A program made the position numbers and the translations under genes. From an uncultured Candidatus Berkelbacteria bacterium (GTDB taxonomy: Bacteria; Patescibacteriota; UBA1384; UBA12157): 64,000 nt of DNA. Positions 46,592-56,423 of the stretch are shown here, in pieces. The notes below the pieces were generated by a model that saw only the letters and a list, made by a program, of their open reading frames with translations, did no database searches and was not told the DNA's origin. The stretch lies in NCBI GenBank assembly GCA_903877885.1, contig CAIRFN010000004.1, positions 19,869-83,868 on the forward strand. The letters are read 5' to 3'. Every line of letters begins with the position of its first letter. Within the stretch, counting starts at the first letter, position 1.

Positions 46592-47820
46592 AACGGATAA
46601 TCATCGACACTCAAAGCAACAGGCTTTTTCAAGGTATTGCTGCTGAACAAAATTATGATCAGCGAGGTGGACTTTGTCAAGTTGGAGAAGGTAATGTTGT
46701 CGTAACAACTAATCCTATCAATGTTGATTATTTGGATTATTGGCAAGAAGTCGGTTTTAGTTTGCCACATCTACTTACAGTTGGACCATTCGATCCTAGT
46801 TGTACAATTTCAGATTTAATTGTTCGTAATTTGGATGTCCAGACAGAAATTAAACGTTTAATTGATGGCTCAAATGCTCGTTTAGAATTCTTTTGTATTG
46901 AAGAATCTGAACGTAAGCTTGTTGAAACATTGGGCATCGAACCATATTGTAATATTGACGTTTCGATCAAACTTTCGAGAAAGCATAATTTTAAATCTTT
47001 ATGTGAAGAAATCGGTCTACCAACTCCAGAGTGGTTGGTTGGCAGAGATCGACGCGATCTCGCGAAGTATGGCAAAAAATTTCTGAGCGACTATTCTCAA
47101 CCATTTTTAGTAAAATCAGTTGATGGTACTGGTGGAATTTCTTGCGGCGGTATGGCATTAGTCAGAAATCAAGAGGAATTACTCCATCTTTGTAGTAATT
47201 CTGCTACGCTTGGTAACCATTTTATTTTGGAAAAGTTAATTCCTGATAAGGATGTTGAACTGTCGATTCATTGGCAGATAACTAAAGATTATGAATTAAT
47301 GGTTACTGATATTTTTTGTCAGCTTTCCGATAATTTTGCTTATGCTGGTGCTTGTGGTCCAGTCGACATTGCGCCGTCAATTAAAGATGAGATTATCTTA
47401 ACCTTAAAGGATATTTTCGCTCCAGCTTTGATTAAGGCGGGTGCTATTGGCTTCTTCTGTTGTGACCTGATCGTCGATAAATCTGGAAAAGTTTTTTGGA
47501 TTGACTTCAATCCGAGAAAAGGTGCAATCATCTATATTCATAGTATGGTTAGCCGTCTTTCCCAGAATGTTTTTGATAATAAGAGGCTCCATTTTTTTCA
47601 CCGGCATTGCCAGGCTGATAAAAATTTAAGCTTTTCTGAAGTGTATCAAAAAATCGGTCATCTTATGACACCAAGCGAAGATCCATTCGTAGTCATTACA
47701 AATCCTGGTTTGATTGAATATGGCTACGTTGATATCACTGGTATCTCTCATAATTCTGTTGATGAAGCACGTGAGTTTTTTGTCCAAGCCGAACAAACGA
47801 TAAAAAACACAGCGTGTTAA
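46588..47820 (+). CDS. ATP-grasp family ligase
   Basis: PTPEW, LVKSVDGTGGIS and FFCCDLIVDKSGKVFWIDFNPRKG (ATP-grasp C-domain pattern). ATGA coupling to the upstream gene. Confidence 0.6.
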   Translation: MKRIIIDTQSNRLFQGIAAEQNYDQRGGLCQVGEGNVVVTTNPINVDYLDYWQEVGFSLPHLLTVGPFDPSCTISDLIVRNLDVQTEIKRLIDGSNARLEFFCIEESERKLVETLGIEPYCNIDVSIKLSRKHNFKSLCEEIGLPTPEWLVGRDRRDLAKYGKKFLSDYSQPFLVKSVDGTGGISCGGMALVRNQEELLHLCSNSATLGNHFILEKLIPDKDVELSIHWQITKDYELMVTDIFCQLSDNFAYAGACGPVDIAPSIKDEIILTLKDIFAPALIKAGAIGFFCCDLIVDKSGKVFWIDFNPRKGAIIYIHSMVSRLSQNVFDNKRLHFFHRHCQADKNLSFSEVYQKIGHLMTPSEDPFVVITNPGLIEYGYVDITGISHNSVDEAREFFVQAEQTIKNTAC

Positions 47821-47923
47821 AAAGTTATTTCACAGGGTAATCCGCGTGATTACCCTTTTTAATTACTATTTAACACATAATTAAAAAATTTAGTTAAAGA
47901 ACTGAATATGGTAAAATTTTAAT

Positions 47924-49006
47924 ATGAAAATAAAATCGATTACGTTTAAAGAATTTAATTTAAAACTTTCAGAGCCGTTTAGCTACTATACGGCGACTTT
48001 AGAATGTCTTCCTTATGAAATTATAACAATAAAGACTGATAACGAGATCTTCGGATTTGGCGAAGCGGCTTTGGCTTGGGATGTAACTGGAGAAACACAA
48101 GAAGGAGCACTTGGTCTTTTTAAATATATTAAACCTTTGTTAATAAATCATAAACTGAATTCTATCGAAGATATTAAAGAAATGATGAAAAATATCGACC
48201 TAAATGTTCATGAGAACTCTGCCTTGAAATCAGGTATAGAATTTGCTCTTTTAGACGTTTTGGGAAAATTTAAAAACAAACCAGTTTACAAACTATTAGG
48301 TGGAAAAGAAAAAGAATTTGTTGTTGCTCAAAGAGTTTTTCCTTATAAAGAAAAACATTCCGATGATCTTCAACAAAAAATTACTTTAAGCCTTCAAAAC
48401 GGCGCAGAAATCATTAAATTTAAAGCAGGAGAAAATTCAGAGATAGATTACCAAATTATCGAAAAAGTTGTTAACTTTTTTCCGACAATAAAATTAGTCT
48501 TAGATGTCAACCAAGGTTGGAAAAATTTCTTGAATGCTTGGCCAATAATTAAAAAATTGGAAAAATTTAAAAAAAATATTTTATGGATTGAACAACCGAT
48601 ATTTTCAAGTGATTATGAAGGGCTAGCTGAACTGAGTAAGAAAAGCGAAATTTTGATTATGGCTGACGAAAGTTGTCATAATCTACTTGATTTGAAAAAT
48701 CTTTACCTAAACAAATCAGTCAAACTAATTAATATTAAATTAGCAAAATGCGGTGGGATTCTCCCAGCGATGGAAATGGTTAAGTTTTGTGAAGAAAAAG
48801 ATATAAAATATATGTTAGGTGATATGATCAATTCCCCTTTAGGGACTGCTGCCAATCTTCAGATGGCTACATTAGGAAATTTCATTAGTTACGATCTGAC
48901 ACTCAATAATAAAATTGAGTCTGATCCGACTTCTGGTCTAAAAATTGATGGTTATAAATTCTATATACCACAAACATCTGGCATAGGTGTAAGCTTAAAG
49001 AATTGA
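47924..49006 (+). CDS. Enolase-superfamily enzyme of the MR/MLE subgroup (dipeptide epimerase / o-succinylbenzoate-synthase-like)
   Basis: KFKAGE (KxK), LVLDVNQGW, LWIEQP, IMADES, NIKLAKCGG. These are the canonical metal ligands and catalytic lysines. Confidence 0.8.
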   Translation: MKIKSITFKEFNLKLSEPFSYYTATLECLPYEIITIKTDNEIFGFGEAALAWDVTGETQEGALGLFKYIKPLLINHKLNSIEDIKEMMKNIDLNVHENSALKSGIEFALLDVLGKFKNKPVYKLLGGKEKEFVVAQRVFPYKEKHSDDLQQKITLSLQNGAEIIKFKAGENSEIDYQIIEKVVNFFPTIKLVLDVNQGWKNFLNAWPIIKKLEKFKKNILWIEQPIFSSDYEGLAELSKKSEILIMADESCHNLLDLKNLYLNKSVKLINIKLAKCGGILPAMEMVKFCEEKDIKYMLGDMINSPLGTAANLQMATLGNFISYDLTLNNKIESDPTSGLKIDGYKFYIPQTSGIGVSLKN

Positions 49007-49099
49007 AATAAAAGATAAAATATGATATGAATAGGTTGGTAGAAGATAAAAAATTATCTGCTACTGATCATTAACATTGAAGAAGGGGAGGAATTAGTC

Positions 49100-50167
49100 A
49101 TGAGTTTGTCCAACACATTTAGAGAATTAGTAGAAATTGATAGTCCATCTGGCCAAGAGCAGGCAGTGGCTAAATATTTGGAAATTTGGCTGACTAGTCA
49201 AAATTTTGAATATTTTAAGGATGATATTGGTAACATTTTGGCTTTCCGATCTGGAAGTGGCGAACCGTTACTTTTATGTGCACATATGGACGTGGTAGAT
49301 CCTTGTTTAGGGGTTAAGCCATCGTTTATCAACGGTGTAGTTAAAAGTGATGGCACTACTGTTCTTGGCGCTGATAATAAAGCATCAATTGCTGCAATTA
49401 TTAAGGGGGTTGAAGATTATTTGGCGCAAACAGGTGAGCCAAGAGCAATCGAGATTCTTTTCGCTGTCAAGGAAGAAACTGGCGGTGGTGTAGAATTCAT
49501 GGACTTCTCTAAAATTAAGTCAAAACAAGGAATTATATTTGACTTAATTAAGCCGATTGGCACAATCGCTATTGCCTCACCATATATTTACAATTTTCAC
49601 ATTAAATTTACTGGCAAATCTTCTCATGCTAGTCGACCGGATGAAGGGAAAAGTGCACTTAAACCGGCGGCGAAATTGATTACTAGTGCCGATGATGGGT
49701 TTTTAGATAATGGTTTAACAACTATTAATTTCGGAAAAATAGAAGCTGGTACTGGTATTAATATTATACCAGAAACAGCAACTATTCATGGCGAAGTTCG
49801 CAGTTTTAAAAAAGATTTATTTGAAGCACATTTGGAAGCAATAGAGAAAATGGCTAAAAAATGTGCTAGTGAAGATGGCGTAAAAGTAGACTTTACCACG
49901 GACGGCCGTTGTGCCGGTTATGAGTTTCCAGAAGATGATACATTTATAAAAAAAATTAGCGCGGTTTTAGCTAAGAATGGTCATAAAATTGTTTTTTATA
50001 AAACATCTGGCATAAGTGATTCCAATCCGCTTGTTGAAGCCGGTATTAAAGTGGTGACTTTAGGTGACGGTATTACAAAAGCTCATACAGTCGAAGAAGA
50101 AATCAGCCTTGAATCGCTCGAAAGTATGCGAGCATTAGTTTTTGATTTTCTTCAAAAATTAGATTAG
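49100..50167 (+). CDS. M20-family peptidase (PepT/ArgE-like)
   Basis: LLLCAHMDVVD, GADNKASIAAI and VKEETGG metal- and catalysis-binding motifs. Confidence 0.75.
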   Translation: MSLSNTFRELVEIDSPSGQEQAVAKYLEIWLTSQNFEYFKDDIGNILAFRSGSGEPLLLCAHMDVVDPCLGVKPSFINGVVKSDGTTVLGADNKASIAAIIKGVEDYLAQTGEPRAIEILFAVKEETGGGVEFMDFSKIKSKQGIIFDLIKPIGTIAIASPYIYNFHIKFTGKSSHASRPDEGKSALKPAAKLITSADDGFLDNGLTTINFGKIEAGTGINIIPETATIHGEVRSFKKDLFEAHLEAIEKMAKKCASEDGVKVDFTTDGRCAGYEFPEDDTFIKKISAVLAKNGHKIVFYKTSGISDSNPLVEAGIKVVTLGDGITKAHTVEEEISLESLESMRALVFDFLQKLD

Positions 50168-50293
50168 TTTTAGAGAGGTTTGCCTGGCTTACCTCTTTTT
50201 TATAATATAATTTTTTTGTCTTGACTATCTAAGATCTTTAGTTTAAAATTTATTTATTGATTAATTCTAAAAGAAATATAGGAGAACTATCAA

Positions 50294-50770
50294 ATGATAA
50301 TAAATGTATCTCAAGGTTTGGGTACTGGCAAAACTGAACTTTCTGCTTTTGATAAAGCATTGTATGAAGCAGGTGTTGCTAATTATAATCTTGTTCGTCT
50401 GTCGTCAGTCATTCCAGTTGGCGCTGAAGTAAAAATAAATCAACTTAGTGATAATGCTCGTAACGAATTTGGTTATAAATTATTTTTAGTTTATGCTGAA
50501 CAACGTGAATCTGAAATTGGCAAAGAAGCTTGGGCGGGAGTTGGTTGGGTTCAAACCGAAGACGGTCGAGGGCTATTTGTTGAGCATGAAGGCTCGAGTG
50601 AAAAAGAAGTTCGTGGTTTAATTAAAAATAGTTTGACGGATATGGTCAAATATCGAAAAGATTATAAATTTGGCGAAATTAATTATTCGGTTTGTGGTAT
50701 ACGTTGTGAAGACCAGCCAGTCTGCGCTTTTATGGCCGCTGTTTATCAAAGTCAAAGCTGGGATAAATAG
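50294..50770 (+). CDS. pdaD: Pyruvoyl-dependent arginine decarboxylase
   Basis: SAFDKALYEAGVANYNLVRLSSVIP (Ser-Ser self-cleavage site) and CAFMAAVYQ closely track archaeal PdaD. 158 aa. Confidence 0.9.
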   Translation: MIINVSQGLGTGKTELSAFDKALYEAGVANYNLVRLSSVIPVGAEVKINQLSDNARNEFGYKLFLVYAEQRESEIGKEAWAGVGWVQTEDGRGLFVEHEGSSEKEVRGLIKNSLTDMVKYRKDYKFGEINYSVCGIRCEDQPVCAFMAAVYQSQSWDK

Positions 50771-51105
50771 TTACAGGACTAATTCGTTGGAATAGAATAT
50801 TTTACACCGTTCTAATTTATTTTAGATAAATAATTGTGCTAAAGACTTAAATAAAAAGTATGGGAGCTTCGTTCCGCGGAATTTTTAAATACGGGAATAT
50901 AACAGGTATTTAAAAATATAACAATAAGTGTACTATGGTCGTAATAAAAGTATAATGATAAGATAAGTTTTTAGTTAAAATTAAACTATGTCCCTTGACT
51001 TTTGGGTAAATTAAAGGTAAAATCATCTCAACTATTGAATGGTTGAGTCGAGTAACTTTGACTTAACTTTTCATGGAACTGAACAAATTAGAGGAGGGAA
51101 GGATA

Positions 51106-52383
51106 ATGAGTAATCTCGCTACGGCTAATAGGAATGGTGTGTTAACTCGCAATAAAGTTACTGATATGGGGCGTGGTGTCACCAGATTTCTGAAAGATTC
51201 TGGTTATTACCCGCATATTAGCAAAGTAGATTCCACGGTGGACGGTGAGGTCACAATTAATGGTAAGGCTTGCGTAAATTTTTATTCTAATTCATTCTTG
51301 GGTCTCACCAATCATCCGAAAATTATCGAAGCAAAGAAGGCAGCATTAGACAAATATGGCAATGGAAGCGGATCATCAAGAATGATCACGACGCAAAGTA
51401 TTTTGTATGAGTTAGAAGAAAGGATTGCGGCCTTCAAAAATCGTGAATCAGCCATTGTATTTTCTGCCGGCATGCTTGTTAATTGGGGTGTTATTCCTGC
51501 TTTAGCAAATTCATCACTAAAACCTCTAATAAGAGAGCTTGGCGGTGAAGACTTGTTTGCTCCAGTTTCACTCTTTCTTGACAAGTTTAATCATTCATGT
51601 ATTCATGATGGGGCCGCATTGTCTATGTGTAATTTTTGGGCTGGTCGTGCAAAAGTTCATATGTATGAGCATATGGATATGGCCGATCTCAGGAAAGAAT
51701 TGGAAAACGACAAAAATGAATATAAGATTATCATAACAGATGGAGTTTTCTCGATTCATGGCCATATAGCACCGTTAAATGAAATACTATTACTGGCGCA
51801 AGAGTTTAATGCTGCTATTTATGTCGATGATGCTCATGGTACTGGTGTTCTCGGGCCAAATGGCAGAGGAACAGCCGAAGAGCTAGGGATTGACTCAGAA
51901 ATCGATATTCCAGTTGGCACTTTCTCTAAAGCGTTTGGGTGTGCTGGTGGATTTGTTGTAGGCGATAAAGATTTTTGTGATTATCTGCGTGTTGCTTCCA
52001 GGACATATGTCTATCAAACGGCAATGCCACCAGAAAATGCAGGTGGTTTAATTGCAGCAATTGATATTGCAGAGAAGGAGCCATGGCGTCGTCGGCAAGT
52101 GCTAGCTAATGCAACAAAGGTCCGAAATGAATTTCAACGTTTGGGATTTAGTACTCTCGGTACAAAATTTCATATCGTTCCGATTCTAATTGAGGATGTT
52201 GAAGTCGCAACGAAGATTGCAGACGATTTGCTTGATCAGGGAGTTATTACAGGTTGCGTAAAGCCACCCGTTGCAACACAACCAATTATTCGTTGCAATA
52301 TGATGGCAACACACACAGAAGAGCATCTTGATCGTTTAGTCTCAATCATTGAGACAAGTGCGAAAAAGTATGGTCTGATCTAG
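51106..52383 (+). CDS. Alpha-oxoamine synthase family PLP enzyme (BioF/Kbl/serine-palmitoyltransferase-like). ATG at 51106 is preferred.
   Basis: YVDDAHGTGVLGPNGRG and PLP-lysine region GTFSKAFGCAGGFV. Confidence 0.85.
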   Translation: MSNLATANRNGVLTRNKVTDMGRGVTRFLKDSGYYPHISKVDSTVDGEVTINGKACVNFYSNSFLGLTNHPKIIEAKKAALDKYGNGSGSSRMITTQSILYELEERIAAFKNRESAIVFSAGMLVNWGVIPALANSSLKPLIRELGGEDLFAPVSLFLDKFNHSCIHDGAALSMCNFWAGRAKVHMYEHMDMADLRKELENDKNEYKIIITDGVFSIHGHIAPLNEILLLAQEFNAAIYVDDAHGTGVLGPNGRGTAEELGIDSEIDIPVGTFSKAFGCAGGFVVGDKDFCDYLRVASRTYVYQTAMPPENAGGLIAAIDIAEKEPWRRRQVLANATKVRNEFQRLGFSTLGTKFHIVPILIEDVEVATKIADDLLDQGVITGCVKPPVATQPIIRCNMMATHTEEHLDRLVSIIETSAKKYGLI

Positions 52384-52391
52384 TATCTATT

Positions 52392-52420
52392 AAAGGGGCA
52401 CCGGCATCGGTGCCCCTTTT
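52392..52420 (+). terminator. Strong rho-independent terminator
   Basis: aaaggggcaccg-gcat-cggtgcccctttt. Confidence 0.8.
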
Positions 52421-52454
52421 CAAAATAAAAATAAATTGTTAAACTAGAGTTAAT

Positions 52455-54272
52455 ATGAATATTAATAGTATCAACAATCTGCTTTTAATAATTTTTATCT
52501 TAATTTTACTTTTGTCATTCTATGTATGGAAGGCAAAACCTAAGAATAAATTAAACATTTCTTTTGCAGTTTTTTGTATTGTAACTGGATTATGGATATT
52601 TTTTAATTATCTTTGGGGAATATTCCAAACATCCGAACTTATTCTGACGTTAACTTATATAATTAGTCCATTCATAGTAATAAGTATGTTTGTTTGGGTA
52701 AACTTTTTGTATCACGATAAAATATCGAATATTTTAAAGTCTAGTATTTCAGTTATGTCTGGTTTTGGAATACTGTTATCATTTATAAGTTTTAATCCCC
52801 ACTATCCTTTAATTAATGCTGTCCAAAATCGTTTTGAGTTCAAAACTGGTCCAATATTTCCGATTTTTACCATATATTTTTCAATAGTAGTCATAGGGTT
52901 TCTGTTTTACTATTTTTATAAATTAAAGAGCGCAACTAAAGAGCTAAAGAAGTCATTGGTTGTGATGACGATAGGCATTTTCCTTAGTCTATTAATTGGC
53001 GCAGCTGTGTCTTTTGTATTACCTATGATCGGCTTTGTAAATTTAGCTATTCTCGATGCGCCATCTGCTATATTTTTTGTATCTTTCTCGGCTTATGCAA
53101 TTCTAAAAATGCAGTTATTTGATTTAAAAATGATTTTGACCGAGATACTAACATACTTTGTTCTAATAGTTTCGTTTATAATATTATTTTTTATAAAGGA
53201 AGATGTTAATATCATAGTAAAAATTATATTAATGTTAGTTTTTGTTTATGGTGGGTACCAATTAGTAAAAAGTGTCGATAGTGAAGTTAAACAAAAGGAA
53301 AAGCTTCAAGAACTTAGTACTCAACTTGCGCAAGCCAACTCTCACCTCAAAGACCTAGACAAAATGAAAACGGAATTTGTGAGTTTGGCATCACATGAGT
53401 TGCTGACTCCGGTTTCGGCGATTGAAGGTTATTTATCGATGATGCTGGATGAGCATTTGGTCAAGTTGGAAGATCCGAAAGCGGTCCAATATATGGATCG
53501 GGTTTATCGCTCGGCTAAACGCCTCGCGCGATTGATCGCCGATATGTTAAACATTTCTCGAATTGAAGAAGGCCGATTATTGGTTGAGAAAAAAGAAGTT
53601 AGTCTGACGGAACTGATTAATCAGGTTCTTGATGAACTTAAATTCAAAGCCGAAGAACACAAACAAAAAATCGTTTTTGAAAATTCCGGAACTGATACTT
53701 CTATGACTTACGCTGACCCTGACAAGGTTAAGGAAATTTTGGTCAATATTATTGGTAACTCAATTAAGTACACCATGAATCCGGGGACGATTACGGTATC
53801 GGTCGAAAAAGTGCCGACCAAGGTTTTGACCGATGAGTGGAGTAAACTTGAAGCCGTGATTTTAGCTAGCACCGTCGATGATCAAGAATCGATTCATGCA
53901 GTGGCTGACGAACATATGAAACAGATTTTGGGCGACCAACAATATTTGATTAAAGTTAAAGATCAGGGCATTGGGATTCCTAAAGAGGAATTGCCGAAAT
54001 TGTTTAAGAAATTCCATCGGGTGGGCGATTTTTCCACTGCTGAAAGCCAAGGCACGGGCCTGGGGCTTTATATTACTCGCGCGTTGGTAGAACTTCATCA
54101 TGGTCGGGTTTGGCCTGATTCAGAAGGCCAGGGCAAGGGTTCAACTTTCACTTTTAGTTTGCCAACAGTTGAATCAAAACAAGCTATCATTGACATCGAA
54201 AAACAAAGTCCTCAAACCAAGGAACAATTAAAGCCATTGGCAAAACCGATGGGAAACGATGATAGCCTATAA
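52455..54272 (+). CDS. Sensor histidine kinase with a multi-TM (7TMR-type) N-terminal region
   Basis: H-box ASHELLTPVSAIEG, HATPase N/G boxes (NIIGNSIKYT, GTGLGLYI), 8 or more TM helices. Confidence 0.85.
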   Translation: MNINSINNLLLIIFILILLLSFYVWKAKPKNKLNISFAVFCIVTGLWIFFNYLWGIFQTSELILTLTYIISPFIVISMFVWVNFLYHDKISNILKSSISVMSGFGILLSFISFNPHYPLINAVQNRFEFKTGPIFPIFTIYFSIVVIGFLFYYFYKLKSATKELKKSLVVMTIGIFLSLLIGAAVSFVLPMIGFVNLAILDAPSAIFFVSFSAYAILKMQLFDLKMILTEILTYFVLIVSFIILFFIKEDVNIIVKIILMLVFVYGGYQLVKSVDSEVKQKEKLQELSTQLAQANSHLKDLDKMKTEFVSLASHELLTPVSAIEGYLSMMLDEHLVKLEDPKAVQYMDRVYRSAKRLARLIADMLNISRIEEGRLLVEKKEVSLTELINQVLDELKFKAEEHKQKIVFENSGTDTSMTYADPDKVKEILVNIIGNSIKYTMNPGTITVSVEKVPTKVLTDEWSKLEAVILASTVDDQESIHAVADEHMKQILGDQQYLIKVKDQGIGIPKEELPKLFKKFHRVGDFSTAESQGTGLGLYITRALVELHHGRVWPDSEGQGKGSTFTFSLPTVESKQAIIDIEKQSPQTKEQLKPLAKPMGNDDSL

Positions 54273-54425
54273 TATATTCAACTCTAGGTACGTTTCCGCG
54301 GAGATTGCCGCCGCAATCATGGGAAACGACGACAGCCCATAAAGAACTCGTTAGAGAATTTAACCTTGACTTATTTTGATATTTAGTATAGAATGAAGAC
54401 ATCTTGTTTCAAAGGGGGAAATTCT

Positions 54426-54734
54426 ATGTCGACGCAGTCTGATGCCGAGTTGAAAGAGTTTTTCGAAATGAAGACCATGTTGACTGGTAAATGGGTTCGC
54501 GGTTCCTACTGGGTTGGTCAAATTCTGATTATCTGGTGGGCAATCCAAATGATGCACGATACAGGCTTGTTTCCAGCGATACTGATGGCTGCAATCCTTA
54601 GCTTTGCCTGGCGGATTATCAGTGAATTCTTTATCATTATCTTCGCGATTCATGAAGAGTTAGTGACGATTCGCCGGACACTAACGAAACAGGCCGAGCC
54701 GAACGACGAACCGCCGAATAATTCTACAGATTAA
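54426..54734 (+). CDS. Small two-TM membrane protein. ATG at 54426 after RBS aaggggga.
   Basis: ORF with two hydrophobic helices, followed by a terminator (agacttgaaactcaagtct+T7). Confidence 0.4.
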   Translation: MSTQSDAELKEFFEMKTMLTGKWVRGSYWVGQILIIWWAIQMMHDTGLFPAILMAAILSFAWRIISEFFIIIFAIHEELVTIRRTLTKQAEPNDEPPNNSTD

Positions 54735-54808
54735 AATAACTTTAAAGACTTGAAACTCAAGTCTTTTTTTGATAAAATGAGACCAACCTGAAGGGGAGGT
54801 GAACGACA

Positions 54809-55537
54809 TTGACAATCTATGAATATTTTGCGCATCTCGAACATATGCCGCGGATATTAGCCGTGGAAATTTTTTACGCTTTTCATTTTATCTGTAAATA
54901 TCAGGGGCCAGGCAAGCAGACGCGTCATTCTGGCGAACCGTATTTAGACCATCTGGCTGAAGTTGGATGGGAAATTTTGCAAATTAGACCAGATAATGCT
55001 CCGATTAATCATCATCATAATGGGGATTTTATTTTCTATTTAGATGATGAGGCAGAAATCGCGGCTTTATTGCATGATGGTATTGAAGACACCAAAGAAA
55101 TTACCAGAGAGCTGATTATCGAAGGTTTTAGTAAAGGTCGTGGTCAGGTTTTTGGCGAACGAGTGGCTAATATTGTTAGCGCTTGTTCAAAGCTGCCGAT
55201 TGGAAAATTTCATGGTGATAAAATTGCTCAAACCGAAGAAGCATTTTGTCGATGGAAAGACTATTGTCGAAAAGATTGGATGGCCCTGCCAGTTAAAGTC
55301 AAAGATCGACTTCACAATATGCGGACACTTCGAGGCTTAAATCAGGAGCGGCGATCGCGGATTGCTCTTCAAACGATGGAAGTAATGGTGCCATATTTGG
55401 AAAGTGAAGCCAAGCAAATCGTGCCGGCAGAATATCATAGTTGGTTAGAAAAAGATACTAAAGAAATTGGTTTAATTGCGGCGCAATTTTTACCGCAACG
55501 ATATAAAATTAGCATTTCAATTGTCGGCTCTAGTTAA
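54809..55537 (+). CDS. HD-domain protein resembling the RelA/SpoT (p)ppGpp hydrolase domain (small alarmone hydrolase-like). Start is TTG at 54809 or ATG at 54844.
   Basis: H...H (YLDHLAEVG) and AALLHDGIEDT, the SpoT-type HD signature. Confidence 0.6.
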   Translation: MTIYEYFAHLEHMPRILAVEIFYAFHFICKYQGPGKQTRHSGEPYLDHLAEVGWEILQIRPDNAPINHHHNGDFIFYLDDEAEIAALLHDGIEDTKEITRELIIEGFSKGRGQVFGERVANIVSACSKLPIGKFHGDKIAQTEEAFCRWKDYCRKDWMALPVKVKDRLHNMRTLRGLNQERRSRIALQTMEVMVPYLESEAKQIVPAEYHSWLEKDTKEIGLIAAQFLPQRYKISISIVGSS

Positions 55538-55628
55538 ATCTAGAGCCTTTTTTAATTGTTATAAATATTGTGGTACAATATACTAAATACATAATTCTAA
55601 ATACAAAATACTAACTTAGGGAGGGAAT

Positions 55629-56285
55629 ATGCCAAAAGGTAGCAAAGTGCTCATGGCCGATGATGACAAAATGCTCTTGGATATGTATAAGGAGCGATTG
55701 GAATTAGCTGGCTACACAGTTGAAAGTTATGGTAATGGCGAGGAAGCCTTGGCTCATGTGCATGATTTTATGCCAGATTTAATTATGCTTGATGTGATGA
55801 TGCCAAAGAAGAACGGTTATGAAACTTTGGCCGCGTTAAAAACTGATCCGGTGACGAAAAATATTCCGGTGATTATGCTTTCGGCTTTAATGCGCGATTT
55901 TAACCGTGAAAAAGCGGTTGAAGGCGGCGCCGAAGATTATTTAATTAAATCGGAAGCGATGCCCTCGGATGTGATTACTAAAATCGAACAGGTTTTACAA
56001 CACTATGGCAAGGGAACGGCAGCAATGCCTGGCGCGGTGACTGAACCGGCACCAACACCGCCAGCTGAAAATCCGACACCACCAGTGGCTCAACCAGCGC
56101 CAACTGAACCGACAGCCGCGCCGCAGGAAGCTCAAACGGAAGCTAAAAAAACCGATATTCCTAATGCCAAAACTGTTTATAAATCAAGCGCCAATAATGG
56201 CGGTAGTGAAGGCCTGATTATCATTGCGGTTTTGCTTGTTTTGGCCGCCGCAGTTGTGGCTTACTTTGTCTTTTTTAAAAAATAA
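55629..56285 (+). CDS. Receiver (REC) domain protein with a Pro/Thr-rich linker and a C-terminal transmembrane anchor
   Basis: REC motifs (VLMADDD..., MPDLIMLDVMMP, phospho-acceptor D). Then PTPPAENPTPP repeats and LIIIAVLLVLAAAVVAYFVFF. Confidence 0.7.
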   Translation: MPKGSKVLMADDDKMLLDMYKERLELAGYTVESYGNGEEALAHVHDFMPDLIMLDVMMPKKNGYETLAALKTDPVTKNIPVIMLSALMRDFNREKAVEGGAEDYLIKSEAMPSDVITKIEQVLQHYGKGTAAMPGAVTEPAPTPPAENPTPPVAQPAPTEPTAAPQEAQTEAKKTDIPNAKTVYKSSANNGGSEGLIIIAVLLVLAAAVVAYFVFFKK

Positions 56286-56423
56286 CTTAAGGCGATTATT
56301 TAGTATAACTTTAAGAGAATTTTACAAGAGATTATTTTAAATATATTTGACAAGTTCAAACCGTACAATTAGTATCATAATTAGAAGTAAATTAAATGAT
56401 ACTTTTGTATCAAAGGAGCTAAA

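Noticed and set aside
50771-51105. 335-bp intergenic region upstream of the alpha-oxoamine synthase as a riboswitch or second attenuator.
   Set aside because: It has a plausible promoter (ttgact-17-taaaat at about 50995-51023) and one small hairpin (ctcaac...gttgag). But it has no leader ORF with codon bias and no alternative helices, and it is too short downstream of the promoter for known riboswitch classes.
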